From positions 4,000,001-4,064,000 of the forward strand of contig OY970067.1 of NCBI GenBank assembly GCA_963705305.1: 64,000 nt of DNA, written 5' to 3'. The position numbers and the translations under genes were made by a program. Source of the stretch: an uncultured Methylomirabilota bacterium. Its GTDB lineage: Bacteria; Methylomirabilota; Methylomirabilia; Methylomirabilales; 2-02-FULL-66-22. Every line of letters begins with the position of its first letter. Position 1 is the stretch's first letter. The notes under the pieces were generated by a model. The model was given only the letters and a program-made list of their open reading frames with translations. It was not told the DNA's origin and did not search any database. Below, in pieces: positions 19,849-29,484 of the stretch.

Positions 19849-20949
19849 ATGCCTGACGTGAAGAGTGCCGATGCTGTGGTCATCGGGGGGGGCGCCCGGG
19901 GGGGCTCGATCGCCCTGGCCCTTGCCCGTGCCGGCGTCCGGGTCGTGCTGGTAGAGCGCCGCACCATCGGGGACTTGTCCTCCACCGGCAATGGCGCGCA
20001 GGTGAATGTCACGGCGAAGGAGCCGGATCACTACACGGCCATGAGCCTTCGCAGCGCGCGCATGTATCCGGAGTTCATTGCCAGCCTCGACGCCGACGTC
20101 TTCCTGCAGCAGGAAGGCCTGCTCTTTGCCACCGCGAGTCCAGCGGAGATGGATTCCTTTCGCAAGCGCGTCGAGATCCGCAACCGGGTTCCGGGGCTGA
20201 AGGCCGAACTGCTGGACGCGAAAGCGGCGCGCGCCATTCTGCCGGCCCTGGGCCCGGAGGTCATCGGGGGATACATCGCCCGGGCCGATGGCCGGGTGGA
20301 TGTCCTCCAGTTATTGCCCGCAATCGGGCGGGCTGCCCGGAAAGCCGGCGCCGTGATCCTGCGCGGGACGGAAGTCCTAGGGATCGAAGTCGGTGGCGGG
20401 CGCGTGCAAAAGGTCCGCACGAATCGGGGGACGATCGCCACCCCCGTCGTGGTCAATGCGGCCGGCGTGCACGTGCCTCACATCGGCCGCATGGTCGGCC
20501 TCTCCATCCCGGTGGATCCGGAGCATGGGCACATGGCGATCACGCAGGCGGCTCCGCCCTTGTTGCCCATCCCGACTCAACACGTGGCGCAATGGCCCAA
20601 CGGCAGCTTTTCGATCGGCACGAGCAACAAGAATGCGGGCCTGGACAATGCCACACGGCCGGAATGGCTGCCACCCTTTCTTCAAGAGGCGCTGCGCCTG
20701 ATTCCGGCCCTCCAGATGGTGAATGTCCTCCGGGTGTTCGCGCATCTCCGGCCCATGCCGCCGGATCGCCTGCCGATCTACGATCGGGTGCCGGGTCTGG
20801 AAGGGTTCTACATCGCGGTGGGGCATAGCGGCATCACGCTGGCGCCGCTCACGGGGAAGATCTTCACGGATTGGATCGCGACCGGAAAACCAGATATGGA
20901 CTTGACACCGTACGCGCTGAGTCGGTTCGCGGCCAACCGCCAGAACTGA
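19849..20949 (+). CDS. FAD-dependent amino-acid oxidoreductase (DadA/HcnC/OoxB family)
   Basis: VVIGGGARG, VVNAAG, LRPMPPD.LP, GHSGITLAP. Confidence 0.88.
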   Translation: MPDVKSADAVVIGGGARGGSIALALARAGVRVVLVERRTIGDLSSTGNGAQVNVTAKEPDHYTAMSLRSARMYPEFIASLDADVFLQQEGLLFATASPAEMDSFRKRVEIRNRVPGLKAELLDAKAARAILPALGPEVIGGYIARADGRVDVLQLLPAIGRAARKAGAVILRGTEVLGIEVGGGRVQKVRTNRGTIATPVVVNAAGVHVPHIGRMVGLSIPVDPEHGHMAITQAAPPLLPIPTQHVAQWPNGSFSIGTSNKNAGLDNATRPEWLPPFLQEALRLIPALQMVNVLRVFAHLRPMPPDRLPIYDRVPGLEGFYIAVGHSGITLAPLTGKIFTDWIATGKPDMDLTPYALSRFAANRQN

Positions 20950-20980
20950 TTCGAAGCGCGACGGACCCGAGGAGGCACAC

Positions 20981-21595
20981 ATGTCCGAGCAGCCCTCGAT
21001 CCCCCAAGCCAACACGGCAGTCCTCTTTAACGACATGATTAATGGCAACCTGCGCACCAAGAGCAACGCCGAACACAATAAGCTGATTGAAGCGAGCGGG
21101 CTCATCAGGAACTCGGTCCGCTTGGTCGCGCGCGCGCGCGAGCGCCAGATTCCGATCGTCTGGATCCGAGTCGAGCGCCGGGCTGATTACGCAGATGTCG
21201 TGTTCCCCCTGACGGATGCGTTCCTGGCCAGCGGCCGGAAACGGCCGGCGGCAACCGTGCACGGCTCGTACGAAGCGGCCAATGTGGACGAACTGCCGGT
21301 CCGCCCGGAGGATCAGGTGATCCTGAAGCCCCGCTTCAATCCATTCATCGGGACCGATCTTGACCTGCAACTCCGGGCGCGCAAAATCACGACCATTTTG
21401 TTTGGCGGGTATTCGACGAACGTCGGGGTGGAGAGTGGTGTGCGAACGGCCCGGGACCTCGGGTATGACGTGGTCGTGGTCAGCGACTGCTGCTACAACG
21501 TCCAGCAGGACATGCATGAATGGTCGCTCAAGAAGGTCATGCCGATCTTCGCGCGCGTGCTGACGACGGACGAGGTCTTCAAGCTCCTGGCCTGA
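20981..21595 (+). CDS. Isochorismatase-family hydrolase (nucleophile Cys replaced by Gly)
   Basis: NDMIN, KPRFNPF.GTDL, G.STNVGVES..R.A.DLGY. Confidence 0.88.
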   Translation: MSEQPSIPQANTAVLFNDMINGNLRTKSNAEHNKLIEASGLIRNSVRLVARARERQIPIVWIRVERRADYADVVFPLTDAFLASGRKRPAATVHGSYEAANVDELPVRPEDQVILKPRFNPFIGTDLDLQLRARKITTILFGGYSTNVGVESGVRTARDLGYDVVVVSDCCYNVQQDMHEWSLKKVMPIFARVLTTDEVFKLLA

Positions 21596-21675
21596 GCGGG
21601 CAGGGTACTGCCCGTGCAGCTGCCCCGATCCGTTGGTCCGTCTGGGCGAGACGAGCCAAAGGCGGAAGGCGCTCC

Positions 21676-22011
21676 ATGAAGCCGTTAGCGACGAGGGCAC
21701 TGTGGTGTATCGGAAGTGCTGAAGGGCTCGGCTGTCTGAGTGCCGTCGTGATGCGCCTGCTGGGCCGTGCGTGGGAACGGTCAATCGGGGACACGCTCTT
21801 CGTAGAGGGCGCGCTTTTCCTCGTCGCTGCCGGCATGCTCGATCTCGCGCGATCCATCACGGCCCAACGGATTCGCGCCCTCTTACAGACGGGAGCGGCA
21901 CCGCCCGTTGTGGCCAAGTCGGGACATCTCGTGATTCTGGTGATCGTGGGTCTTCTCCTCTGTGGGCAGGGCATCCTCTTGGTGCACGTTCTCTCGCCAG
22001 GGGGCCGGTAG
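21676..22011 (+). CDS. Small 3-TM membrane protein
   Basis: Three hydrophobic segments; fills the operon gap. Confidence 0.55.
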   Translation: MKPLATRALWCIGSAEGLGCLSAVVMRLLGRAWERSIGDTLFVEGALFLVAAGMLDLARSITAQRIRALLQTGAAPPVVAKSGHLVILVIVGLLLCGQGILLVHVLSPGGR

Positions 22012-22044
22012 CGGTGCCGTGCCGATGACTCGAAAGGGGGTTTC

Positions 22045-23046
22045 ATGAAACCGATGACGGCCTGGGAACGGATCGCAGCCGCACTGCACGGGGCCGATGT
22101 AGATCGGATCCCCGTGGCCATGTGGAAACACTGGTTCCTGCAGGATCGGGCACCGGAGCGACTGGCCGAGCTGAACGTGGCACTCCAGCGGCAGTTCGAT
22201 ACTGACCTTATTAAGCTGACGCCCGGGAACCTGACCTACATCGAGGACTGGGGTGCCACTATCAAGTTCGGCACCCACGACGACCAAATCTCCGTGGCCG
22301 CCCGCCCTGCAGTCGCTTCGGCGAAGGAATGGCAAGATCTCCCACACTTGGAGGTGACAAGAGGGGCGCTGGGCCGGGAGCTGGAGACCATTCGGCTCAC
22401 AGCGAGCGCAGTCGGTGGTGCAGTGCCGGTGCTCATGACGATTTTCAGTCCCCTCACGATCGCGTACAAACTCTGCGGCGACAGTGTGTCCGGCGCACGC
22501 ATCGTGGAAGATCTCCGCAATGCCCCGCGCCAGGTTCACGCAGCGCTGGCACGCATCACAGACGTGCTCCGGGAGTATGTGGCGGCGTGTTTCACGGCGG
22601 GGGCGGATGGGTTCTTCTTCGCGACGCAACTCGCGACGGATGACCTGCTGAGTAGGGACGAGTACCGGGAGTTTGGAGTCCCTTACGATCTCCGCCTGCT
22701 GGAATCCATGCAGGGAAGATCGCGTCTGACGATGCTGCATCTCTGCAAAGGCCGCCGGCTGATGTTCGACCTGCTGGAGTCCTACCCGGTGGACACGATC
22801 AGCTGGGCGCATAAGACAAGCGAGCCCGGCCTGGCCGAAGCCCGGCGCTTGACAAAGAAGGCGCTGGCGACCGGGATTTCGCTCGAGACGCTCCACGGCG
22901 GTACGGAATCGGATGTGGTGGCAGAGGTGCGGGCTGCGGTGGCGGAGGCGGGGCGAAGTGGGTTCATCCTGGCGCCTGCCTGCGTGATCAAGGCCAGCGC
23001 CGCGGATCAGAATCTGCACGCCATGCGGCACGCGGTTGATCCCTGA
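22045..23046 (+). CDS. Uroporphyrinogen decarboxylase (UroD/MtaA-CmuA) family protein
   Basis: MT..ERI.AAL.G..VDR.PV..W.H, MLHLC, FILAPAC. Confidence 0.85.
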   Translation: MKPMTAWERIAAALHGADVDRIPVAMWKHWFLQDRAPERLAELNVALQRQFDTDLIKLTPGNLTYIEDWGATIKFGTHDDQISVAARPAVASAKEWQDLPHLEVTRGALGRELETIRLTASAVGGAVPVLMTIFSPLTIAYKLCGDSVSGARIVEDLRNAPRQVHAALARITDVLREYVAACFTAGADGFFFATQLATDDLLSRDEYREFGVPYDLRLLESMQGRSRLTMLHLCKGRRLMFDLLESYPVDTISWAHKTSEPGLAEARRLTKKALATGISLETLHGGTESDVVAEVRAAVAEAGRSGFILAPACVIKASAADQNLHAMRHAVDP

Positions 23047-23092
23047 GCCCTGGCGCCTTGCGCGGAGCGGGGCGGGAAAGATGGAGGTCGGA

Positions 23093-24232
23093 ATGCCTGG
23101 AGCGCAAGCGGATGTGGTAGTTATCGGTGGAGGTGTGCGGGGATGTTCCGTTGCGTACCACCTCGCCAAAAGGGGGGTGCAGGTCACGTTGGTCGAGAAA
23201 GACGGGATCGCCTCTGGCTGTTCGGGCGCGACCTTCGCCCTGATTAACATCTCGCATAAGGATCCAGCCCCATATGCGGCGCTCAGCCTGGAGAGCGCCC
23301 GACTCTTCGCCGGCCTGGAGGAAGAACTCGGAGAGGATCTCGATTTCCGGCCGGACGGCAACGTGTCCAGCTTGGTAGAGAACGAGAGCGAGCTTTCCGG
23401 ACTAGCGCAGTTCATCGAGCGGCAAAATCAAGTGCCCGGTCTGAAACTCGAACTCCTCTCGCCGGATGAGGCGCGAAGATTAGAGCCGGCGCTGACGCCG
23501 AATATCCTGGGCGCCTGCTTCTGTGCGCAGGACGGCCACATCAATCCGTACAAGCTCACCCTTGGATATGCGAGAGCGGCCCGTCGATGCGGCGCCAATA
23601 TACTCACCGGGACGAAGGTGACTGGGATCGAGCTGGACCATAACCGGGTTCGCGCCGTAGTGACCGACCGGGGCCGGATCCTCACCGACACGTTGGTCGT
23701 AGCGGCCGGCATCCACATGCCCGACATCGGCCGCATGATCGGGTTGACGATTCCCGTCGTGCCCTCGCGCGGGCAGGTGATCACGACCGAGCGCACACGG
23801 CGGGTGTTGAACCGGCCTGTCGGCTCACTGCGTCAGACCGATGACGGGACGGTGATCATTGGGGTGACGTATCAGTTCGTCGGGCCGGACCTTCGGATCG
23901 TATATGACGACATGACCCGGAACGCCCACCGGGCGTTGCGGCTCTTCCCTGGCCTAAGCCACCTGAACGTGATTCGGCTCTGGGCTGGCCTGCGCCCCTT
24001 CACGGTGGATGGGCTTCCGATTCTCGGCCCTGTGGGACATCTCCAGCGCGTTTACCTGGCAACCGGCCATAGCGGCATGACCCTCGCCCAGGTAACCGGC
24101 AAGGTCATCAGCGATCTGGTGGCTACGGGCAGCACGCCGGTGCCCATCCAAGAGTTCACGGTGGAGCGCTACAGTAGCGTCCGGTACAAGTTTGTCATGT
24201 CAGCGTATCAGCGGTGGCAGTCGGCTGCCTAG
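23093..24232 (+). CDS. FAD-dependent amino-acid oxidoreductase (DadA/HcnC/OoxB family), second copy
   Basis: VVIGGGVRG, DGHINP, WAGLRP...DGLPILG, TGHSGMTLA. Confidence 0.9.
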   Translation: MPGAQADVVVIGGGVRGCSVAYHLAKRGVQVTLVEKDGIASGCSGATFALINISHKDPAPYAALSLESARLFAGLEEELGEDLDFRPDGNVSSLVENESELSGLAQFIERQNQVPGLKLELLSPDEARRLEPALTPNILGACFCAQDGHINPYKLTLGYARAARRCGANILTGTKVTGIELDHNRVRAVVTDRGRILTDTLVVAAGIHMPDIGRMIGLTIPVVPSRGQVITTERTRRVLNRPVGSLRQTDDGTVIIGVTYQFVGPDLRIVYDDMTRNAHRALRLFPGLSHLNVIRLWAGLRPFTVDGLPILGPVGHLQRVYLATGHSGMTLAQVTGKVISDLVATGSTPVPIQEFTVERYSSVRYKFVMSAYQRWQSAA

Positions 24233-24248
24233 CGCAGAGGAGGCGGAA

Positions 24249-24542
24249 GTGAAAGGCACACCGCGGCGGTTGACGAAAAACATCGAGCGGGGCGGCACCG
24301 TGACAGTTACGGTGGACGGGCAGCCCATCGCGGCGCACCAGGGCGAGACCATTGCTGCCGTGCTGCTGGCGGCGGGGCGGCGGACGTTTCGGCATACGGT
24401 TCCCGGAGGGCACCCGCGCGGGATCTTCTGTGGGATCGGGCTGTGCTTCGACTGCCTTGTGGCGGTGGACGGTGTCCAGGTCCGTGCCTGTGTCACGCCG
24501 GTGCGCGAGGGCATGCAGGTCTCAACGGCATGCGCGCCATAA
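24249..24542 (+). CDS. 2Fe-2S subunit (HcnA-like), second copy
   Basis: GGAGG RBS, GTG start; RGIFCGIGLCFDC...RAC. Confidence 0.88.
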   Translation: MKGTPRRLTKNIERGGTVTVTVDGQPIAAHQGETIAAVLLAAGRRTFRHTVPGGHPRGIFCGIGLCFDCLVAVDGVQVRACVTPVREGMQVSTACAP

Positions 24543-24611
24543 TCGATTTTTAACGACAATGAGTGGCCGGGACAGGCTCATGGATCGTCTTTGATTCAAG
24601 GAGGCACGGAC

Positions 24612-26015
24612 GTGCGCGAAGCCGAAATCGTGATTGTTGGGGGTGGGCCGGCCGGGCTGACGGCCGCGTTAGAAGCAGCGACGGCGGGTGGCGAGGTCGT
24701 GCTCATCGATGAATACCCGACGCTCGGCGGTCAGTATTACAAACAGCTCCCGGACGACTTCCGGCTCCACAGCGCCAAAGCCGAGGGCGCCGAGCTCAGC
24801 GAAGGGGCTGCGACGATCGACCGCCTCCGGGCCAGCAAGGTCGAGACGCTCGCGGGGGTGCTGGTCTGGGGAATCTTTGAGGATCGGACGTTGGCACTGT
24901 ATCGAAGCGACGCTACGGAACGGGTCCGGGCGCGCCAACTCATTCTCGCCCCCGGCGCGCAGGAGGTCCCGGTGGCGTTTCCTGGCTGGACTCTTCCCGG
25001 GGTGATGATGGGCGGGGCTGCACAAGGTCTGCTGGTGAGCCAGCGTATCCTACCCGGCGAGCGCGTAGTGATGGCCGGTGCTGGACCGCTCCAGCTCAAG
25101 GTGGCCAGCCAGTTCGTCGAGGCCGGAGCAGAGGTGGCGGCCGTACTCGAGGCATCAAGCAAGCCGCCTATGTCGATGGAAAACGCTCTGCGCGCTTTCG
25201 GCCACTGGGGCAAGATGCGGGAGGGATTGGACTACTGGCTAAAGCTGAAGAAGGCGGGTGTGCCATACCATGCGCATCAGGTGCCGGTCCGAGCCCTGGG
25301 AACCACGCAGGTGGAAGCTGTCGTCGTAGCCGAGGTCGACGCCGAGTGGCGAGTTGTTCCTGGGACGGAGCGGACGATCGAAGCAGACACACTCTGCCTC
25401 TCCTACGGGTTTCTCCCCGCGGTCCAGCTTCCCCGGCTGGCCGGGTGCCGGATCCAGTATGAGGCCGACTCGGGGGGTTGGATGACCTGGCACGATCAGA
25501 ACCAGGAGACGAGTGTGCCTGGTGTGTATGTCGCCGGGGAAGTCGGCGGGATTGGCGGCGCGGATGTGGCCGAAGAAGAAGGGCGACTTGCCGCAATTGC
25601 CGCCCTTCGGGCCCTGAACAAAGTGCCGCTGAACGGTCTCCGCAAGGAGGAGGAAAAGAGCCGGGTACGCTTGGCGGAGGCGCGAAAGTTTGCGCAACTG
25701 ACGCGGGACATGATGCGGCTCAAGCCGGCCCTGTTTGATCTCCCGACGGGCGAGACGATCGTCTGCCGGTGCGAGGAGATCTCCGTCGATGCCGTGCGCG
25801 CAGCGATTGCCGAGGGTGAGCCTACACTCCGGGGTGTGAAGATCCGAACGCGAGCCGGGATGGGGTACTGCCAAGGGCGGATGTGCGGCTATCTGATCTC
25901 ACAGCTGATTGCACGGCAAACCGGCATCACTCTGGACCGGATTGAGCTGGACACCCCGCGCCCGCCCGTGAAACCGATTCCGCTGAGTGCCCTGGCGGCA
26001 GGCGTGGATCGATAA
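24612..26015 (+). CDS. FAD/NAD(P)-binding oxidoreductase (HcnB/OoxA-like), second copy
   Basis: GGGPAG, FPGWTLPGV, VCRCE, GMGYCQGRMC. Confidence 0.9.
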   Translation: MREAEIVIVGGGPAGLTAALEAATAGGEVVLIDEYPTLGGQYYKQLPDDFRLHSAKAEGAELSEGAATIDRLRASKVETLAGVLVWGIFEDRTLALYRSDATERVRARQLILAPGAQEVPVAFPGWTLPGVMMGGAAQGLLVSQRILPGERVVMAGAGPLQLKVASQFVEAGAEVAAVLEASSKPPMSMENALRAFGHWGKMREGLDYWLKLKKAGVPYHAHQVPVRALGTTQVEAVVVAEVDAEWRVVPGTERTIEADTLCLSYGFLPAVQLPRLAGCRIQYEADSGGWMTWHDQNQETSVPGVYVAGEVGGIGGADVAEEEGRLAAIAALRALNKVPLNGLRKEEEKSRVRLAEARKFAQLTRDMMRLKPALFDLPTGETIVCRCEEISVDAVRAAIAEGEPTLRGVKIRTRAGMGYCQGRMCGYLISQLIARQTGITLDRIELDTPRPPVKPIPLSALAAGVDR

Positions 26016-26103
26016 CTGGCCTCAGTGGCTTGGACCTCGCAATGTACGCAACGTCGGTTGTTCACCGGGAGTCTTTTACTCGAGGGAAAGAGGAGGGATG
26101 GCC

Positions 26104-27891
26104 ATGCGCAAGGACTCGCACGTAGGGCAGGGGCAAGGGGCACCGAAAGGCAAGTCGCGACGCATCTTCTTGAAAGGAGTCGGGGCCGCCGGGCTGCTGG
26201 CGGCCGCTCAGCCGCTGCGGAGCCGACCGGCCAAGGCGGCAGGAAAGGCGCCCTTCTTCAAGCTGTACATGATGATTCCCAATAATCAGCCCCCCCGCAT
26301 GGTCTGGGGGACGCTCGCCGCGCAGCAGATCCAAAAGCTCAACATCGAGGTGGTTACGAGCTTCGTGCCCTTCAGCGTGATCATCCCGCGGCGTACCGAG
26401 GGGAAGGGCAAGACCCACGTCGAAGGCGGCTGGGACTCCTACCTCGAGCGCTTTTACTACTATACCCTGCTTCCGGTTCCCAATACCCTGTTCCACAGCT
26501 CGGTCATCCCTCCGAACGGGATGAACTACTACTACATCGAGGACCCCGTGATCGACAAGGCCCTGGACGATTACGCAGGGGCGATGACGGAAGCGAAGCA
26601 CATAGATGCCATCCGGCGGTTCGAGAAGCGGTGGTACGACTACCAGCACATGCTCATCCTCTTCTACCCGCAGGATGTGATCGCAATCAATCCCAAGCTC
26701 AAGGGGTTTGACGGGACCACCTTCACGCCCGTCTACTTTCCACGGCCGGAGAACTGGACGATCGAGGGCGCCGGCGATAACGCCAGCGCCGCGTTTGCCA
26801 GCTGGCAGCCGCCCGAGCAGCTCCTCCCCATGAACGGCACCGGCTACAACCAGTCCAACGTCTATGGACCGGTGTACGACACGCTGCTGCAATACGATAG
26901 CTGGGAAAAGAAGAATCTGGTCCCGGCGCTCTGTGAGAGTTACACCATGTCAGGGAACGGGAAGCACTGGGTGCTCACGCTGCGCCAGGGGGTAAAGTGG
27001 CATAGCGGCGAGGAGTTCACGGCCCGAGACGTCAAGTGGTACTGGGATACGATCTTTGACAAGCGGTATGCAAGCGTGAACCAGGCCAACTGGCAGAACG
27101 TCTTCGGCTCCCCGGAAGCGTACAAGGTGACCGGCAAGTACGAGATCACCGTCGATCTTCCGAAATACAATATTCTCTTCCGTGATTTCATCATGGCATC
27201 GATTGCCATCATGCCCGAACACGTCTTCAAGGATGTCAAACCCGAGGCCCTCAACAGCCATCCCGCCAACACCTGGCTGGGGAGCTACACGGTCAAGACC
27301 TCGGACGGAAAGGAGTATACGGCCCACGGTGCCATCGGGACCGGCCCCTGGATCGCCACGGGCTTCGATCCGGCCAAGAAGGCCTACAAGATGGAGAAGA
27401 ACCCCAACTACTGGAAGAAGACCTCGGGCAATGTGAAGACGTTCTACGTCGTCAATATCCAAGGGACGGATGCGGTGCTGAGCGCCCTGAAGGCCGGCGA
27501 GATCGACGCCCATGATCCCATGTACGGCATCGAGAGCCTGGTGTCGACCATCGATCCCAAATGGGGGAAAGTGCTGAAGTTCGATTCCTACAAGTGGCAG
27601 CACATCTGCTTCAACCTTCGCCATCCGGTATTTGGCACCGGCAAGGAGACGCCCCTGGGCAAGAAGAATCCCGCGCGGGCGGCGGAGGCGGCCGCATACG
27701 TGCGGCAGGCGATGAGCCATGTGATGCCGCGCGAACAGATGGTGAGGGAGATCGTGGCCGGTGCCGGCGTGCCGGGTACGGTGCCCATTCCGTTCTCCTC
27801 GCGGGAATACGACAAGGACATCCTAAAGCCGATTGCCTATGATCTCGAGTTGGCCATGAAGTACATGGAAAAGGCTGGGTATAGGTACTGA
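26104..27891 (+). CDS. Tat-exported family-5 ABC substrate-binding protein, apparently circularly permuted
   Basis: SRRIFLK twin-arginine signal; family-5 signature ALCES..S.NGK.W..TLRQGVKWHSG; IGTGPW; ends YDLELAMKYMEKAGY. Confidence 0.88.
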   Translation: MRKDSHVGQGQGAPKGKSRRIFLKGVGAAGLLAAAQPLRSRPAKAAGKAPFFKLYMMIPNNQPPRMVWGTLAAQQIQKLNIEVVTSFVPFSVIIPRRTEGKGKTHVEGGWDSYLERFYYYTLLPVPNTLFHSSVIPPNGMNYYYIEDPVIDKALDDYAGAMTEAKHIDAIRRFEKRWYDYQHMLILFYPQDVIAINPKLKGFDGTTFTPVYFPRPENWTIEGAGDNASAAFASWQPPEQLLPMNGTGYNQSNVYGPVYDTLLQYDSWEKKNLVPALCESYTMSGNGKHWVLTLRQGVKWHSGEEFTARDVKWYWDTIFDKRYASVNQANWQNVFGSPEAYKVTGKYEITVDLPKYNILFRDFIMASIAIMPEHVFKDVKPEALNSHPANTWLGSYTVKTSDGKEYTAHGAIGTGPWIATGFDPAKKAYKMEKNPNYWKKTSGNVKTFYVVNIQGTDAVLSALKAGEIDAHDPMYGIESLVSTIDPKWGKVLKFDSYKWQHICFNLRHPVFGTGKETPLGKKNPARAAEAAAYVRQAMSHVMPREQMVREIVAGAGVPGTVPIPFSSREYDKDILKPIAYDLELAMKYMEKAGYRY

Positions 27892-27907
27892 GCAGTCGGC
27901 GCGAGCT

Positions 27908-29071
27908 GTGACCATTTCCGGGTGTCCCATACACACAGCGGACGTCGTCGTGATTGGCGGCGGCGTAATCGGGATGGCATGTGCCTATTCGCTGGCGCGT
28001 GCCGGCAGCAGCGTCATCCTAACCGAAAGACGAGCCATCGCGTCAGAGGCATCCGGGGGCAGCGCCGGAGGAATCCGGCAACAGAACCGTGATCCTGCGG
28101 AGCTGCCCCTGGCTATGGCCGCCAATCGGATGTGGAAGACGCTGGAGCAGGACCTGGAGGCGGACCTTGAATACCGTCGCTGCGGTCACCTCCACCTTGC
28201 GGAGAGCAGCACACAGGTCGCCGACCTCGAAGCGGCTGTGGCTCGGCAGCGGTCGCGAGGCCTGGATGTGCGAATGATGTACGGCGGCGACCTCCGCAAG
28301 CTGGTCCCCGCGGTGAGTCCTCGCGTCCTGGCGGGCAGCTATACTGCCGAGGACGGCTTTGCAAATCCCATCCTGGTCACGTCTGCGTTCGCGACTGCCG
28401 CCCGCCGGTGGGGCGCCAAGGTGCTCACCCAAACCGCCGTGACGCGGATCAGGCGGGCGGGGGCCCGGGTCGAAGGTGTGGATACCTCGAGCGGTACGAT
28501 CGCCAGCCGATGGGTCGTCAATGCAGCTGGCGCCTGGTCTGGCGGCCTTTCGCAAACCGCCGGCGTCGCTTTCCTCTTGCGCCCCGAAGCCCATCAAATG
28601 ATGGTGACGGAGAAGGTCCGTCCTATCTTAACGCCGGTGCTCACGTGCCTGGGCCGAGCATTAAGCGTCAAGCAAATGCCGCAGGGCTCTTTTGTGATCG
28701 GCGGTGGCTGGCCCGGCATCCCCGACATGGCAGAGGGCCGGGGGCGGCCCAAGATCGGTAGTCCCAGCGGGAGTGCCGCGGAGGTTACGGCAATCCTTCC
28801 GCTGACCGGACACTTGCTCACGATGCGGGTCTGGAACAGCTTGGAGGCCCACGCAATTGATGAGGTCCCGGTGATCGGGCCCGTCGACGGCTACGACGGT
28901 TATCTCCTTGCCACAGGCTTTTCGGGCCACGGCTTCGCGTTGGCACCAGCGGTCGGCAAGGCAATTGCGGAATTCGTGACGGCTGGTCGCACGTCACTTG
29001 GAATCGAACACCTGAACGTGCGCCGTTTTGGCCAGTGCGAACAGGAGAAATTACAGGCCTTCAAGCGCTGA
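27908..29071 (+). CDS. FAD-dependent oxidoreductase (SoxB/DadA family), third catalytic subunit
   Basis: VVIGGGVIG, SGGSAGGIR, VVNAAGAW, ATGFSGHGF. Confidence 0.9.
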   Translation: MTISGCPIHTADVVVIGGGVIGMACAYSLARAGSSVILTERRAIASEASGGSAGGIRQQNRDPAELPLAMAANRMWKTLEQDLEADLEYRRCGHLHLAESSTQVADLEAAVARQRSRGLDVRMMYGGDLRKLVPAVSPRVLAGSYTAEDGFANPILVTSAFATAARRWGAKVLTQTAVTRIRRAGARVEGVDTSSGTIASRWVVNAAGAWSGGLSQTAGVAFLLRPEAHQMMVTEKVRPILTPVLTCLGRALSVKQMPQGSFVIGGGWPGIPDMAEGRGRPKIGSPSGSAAEVTAILPLTGHLLTMRVWNSLEAHAIDEVPVIGPVDGYDGYLLATGFSGHGFALAPAVGKAIAEFVTAGRTSLGIEHLNVRRFGQCEQEKLQAFKR

Positions 29072-29189
29072 TTCCGGGGGATGTCTCGGATAGCCGTAAG
29101 TTCAGCGCTTGATGTTGGCGCATCCGAAGTCGAAAATGCGTCTGATTGGGCTCCTTGCGCACTGCCCGTGGGGAGTCACGGAGGCATCG

Positions 29190-29474
29190 ATGCCCGCGAA
29201 GCAATCTTACATCGTCTTGAATGACCAGGACAACGTGGCCACTGTGATCCGGAGTCTGATGGAGGGCGAAACGGTAGAGACTAACAGTGGGACCATACTC
29301 CTGCGGCAGGCGATTCCGTATGGGCACAAGTTTGCACTCCGCGAGATCCGGCAGGGGGAGTATGTGGTCAAGTACGGGGCCCAGATCGGGCGGGCAACCA
29401 TTCCCATTGCGCCCGGAGACCACGTTCATGTTCACAACGTTGAGGACATCGTGGACGAAGTGCGGAAACGGTAG
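29190..29474 (+). CDS. UxaA-family dehydratase small (SAF) subunit
   Basis: DNVA, IPYGHKFA, KYG..IG.A...I..G.HVHVHNV. Confidence 0.9.
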   Translation: MPAKQSYIVLNDQDNVATVIRSLMEGETVETNSGTILLRQAIPYGHKFALREIRQGEYVVKYGAQIGRATIPIAPGDHVHVHNVEDIVDEVRKR

Positions 29475-29484
29475 GGGGCGTCAC

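Noticed and set aside
18010..26015. Calling the flavoprotein sets hydrogen cyanide synthase (hcnABC)
   Set aside because: The same architecture covers opine and imino-acid dehydrogenases, and the uptake/catabolic context argues against cyanogenesis
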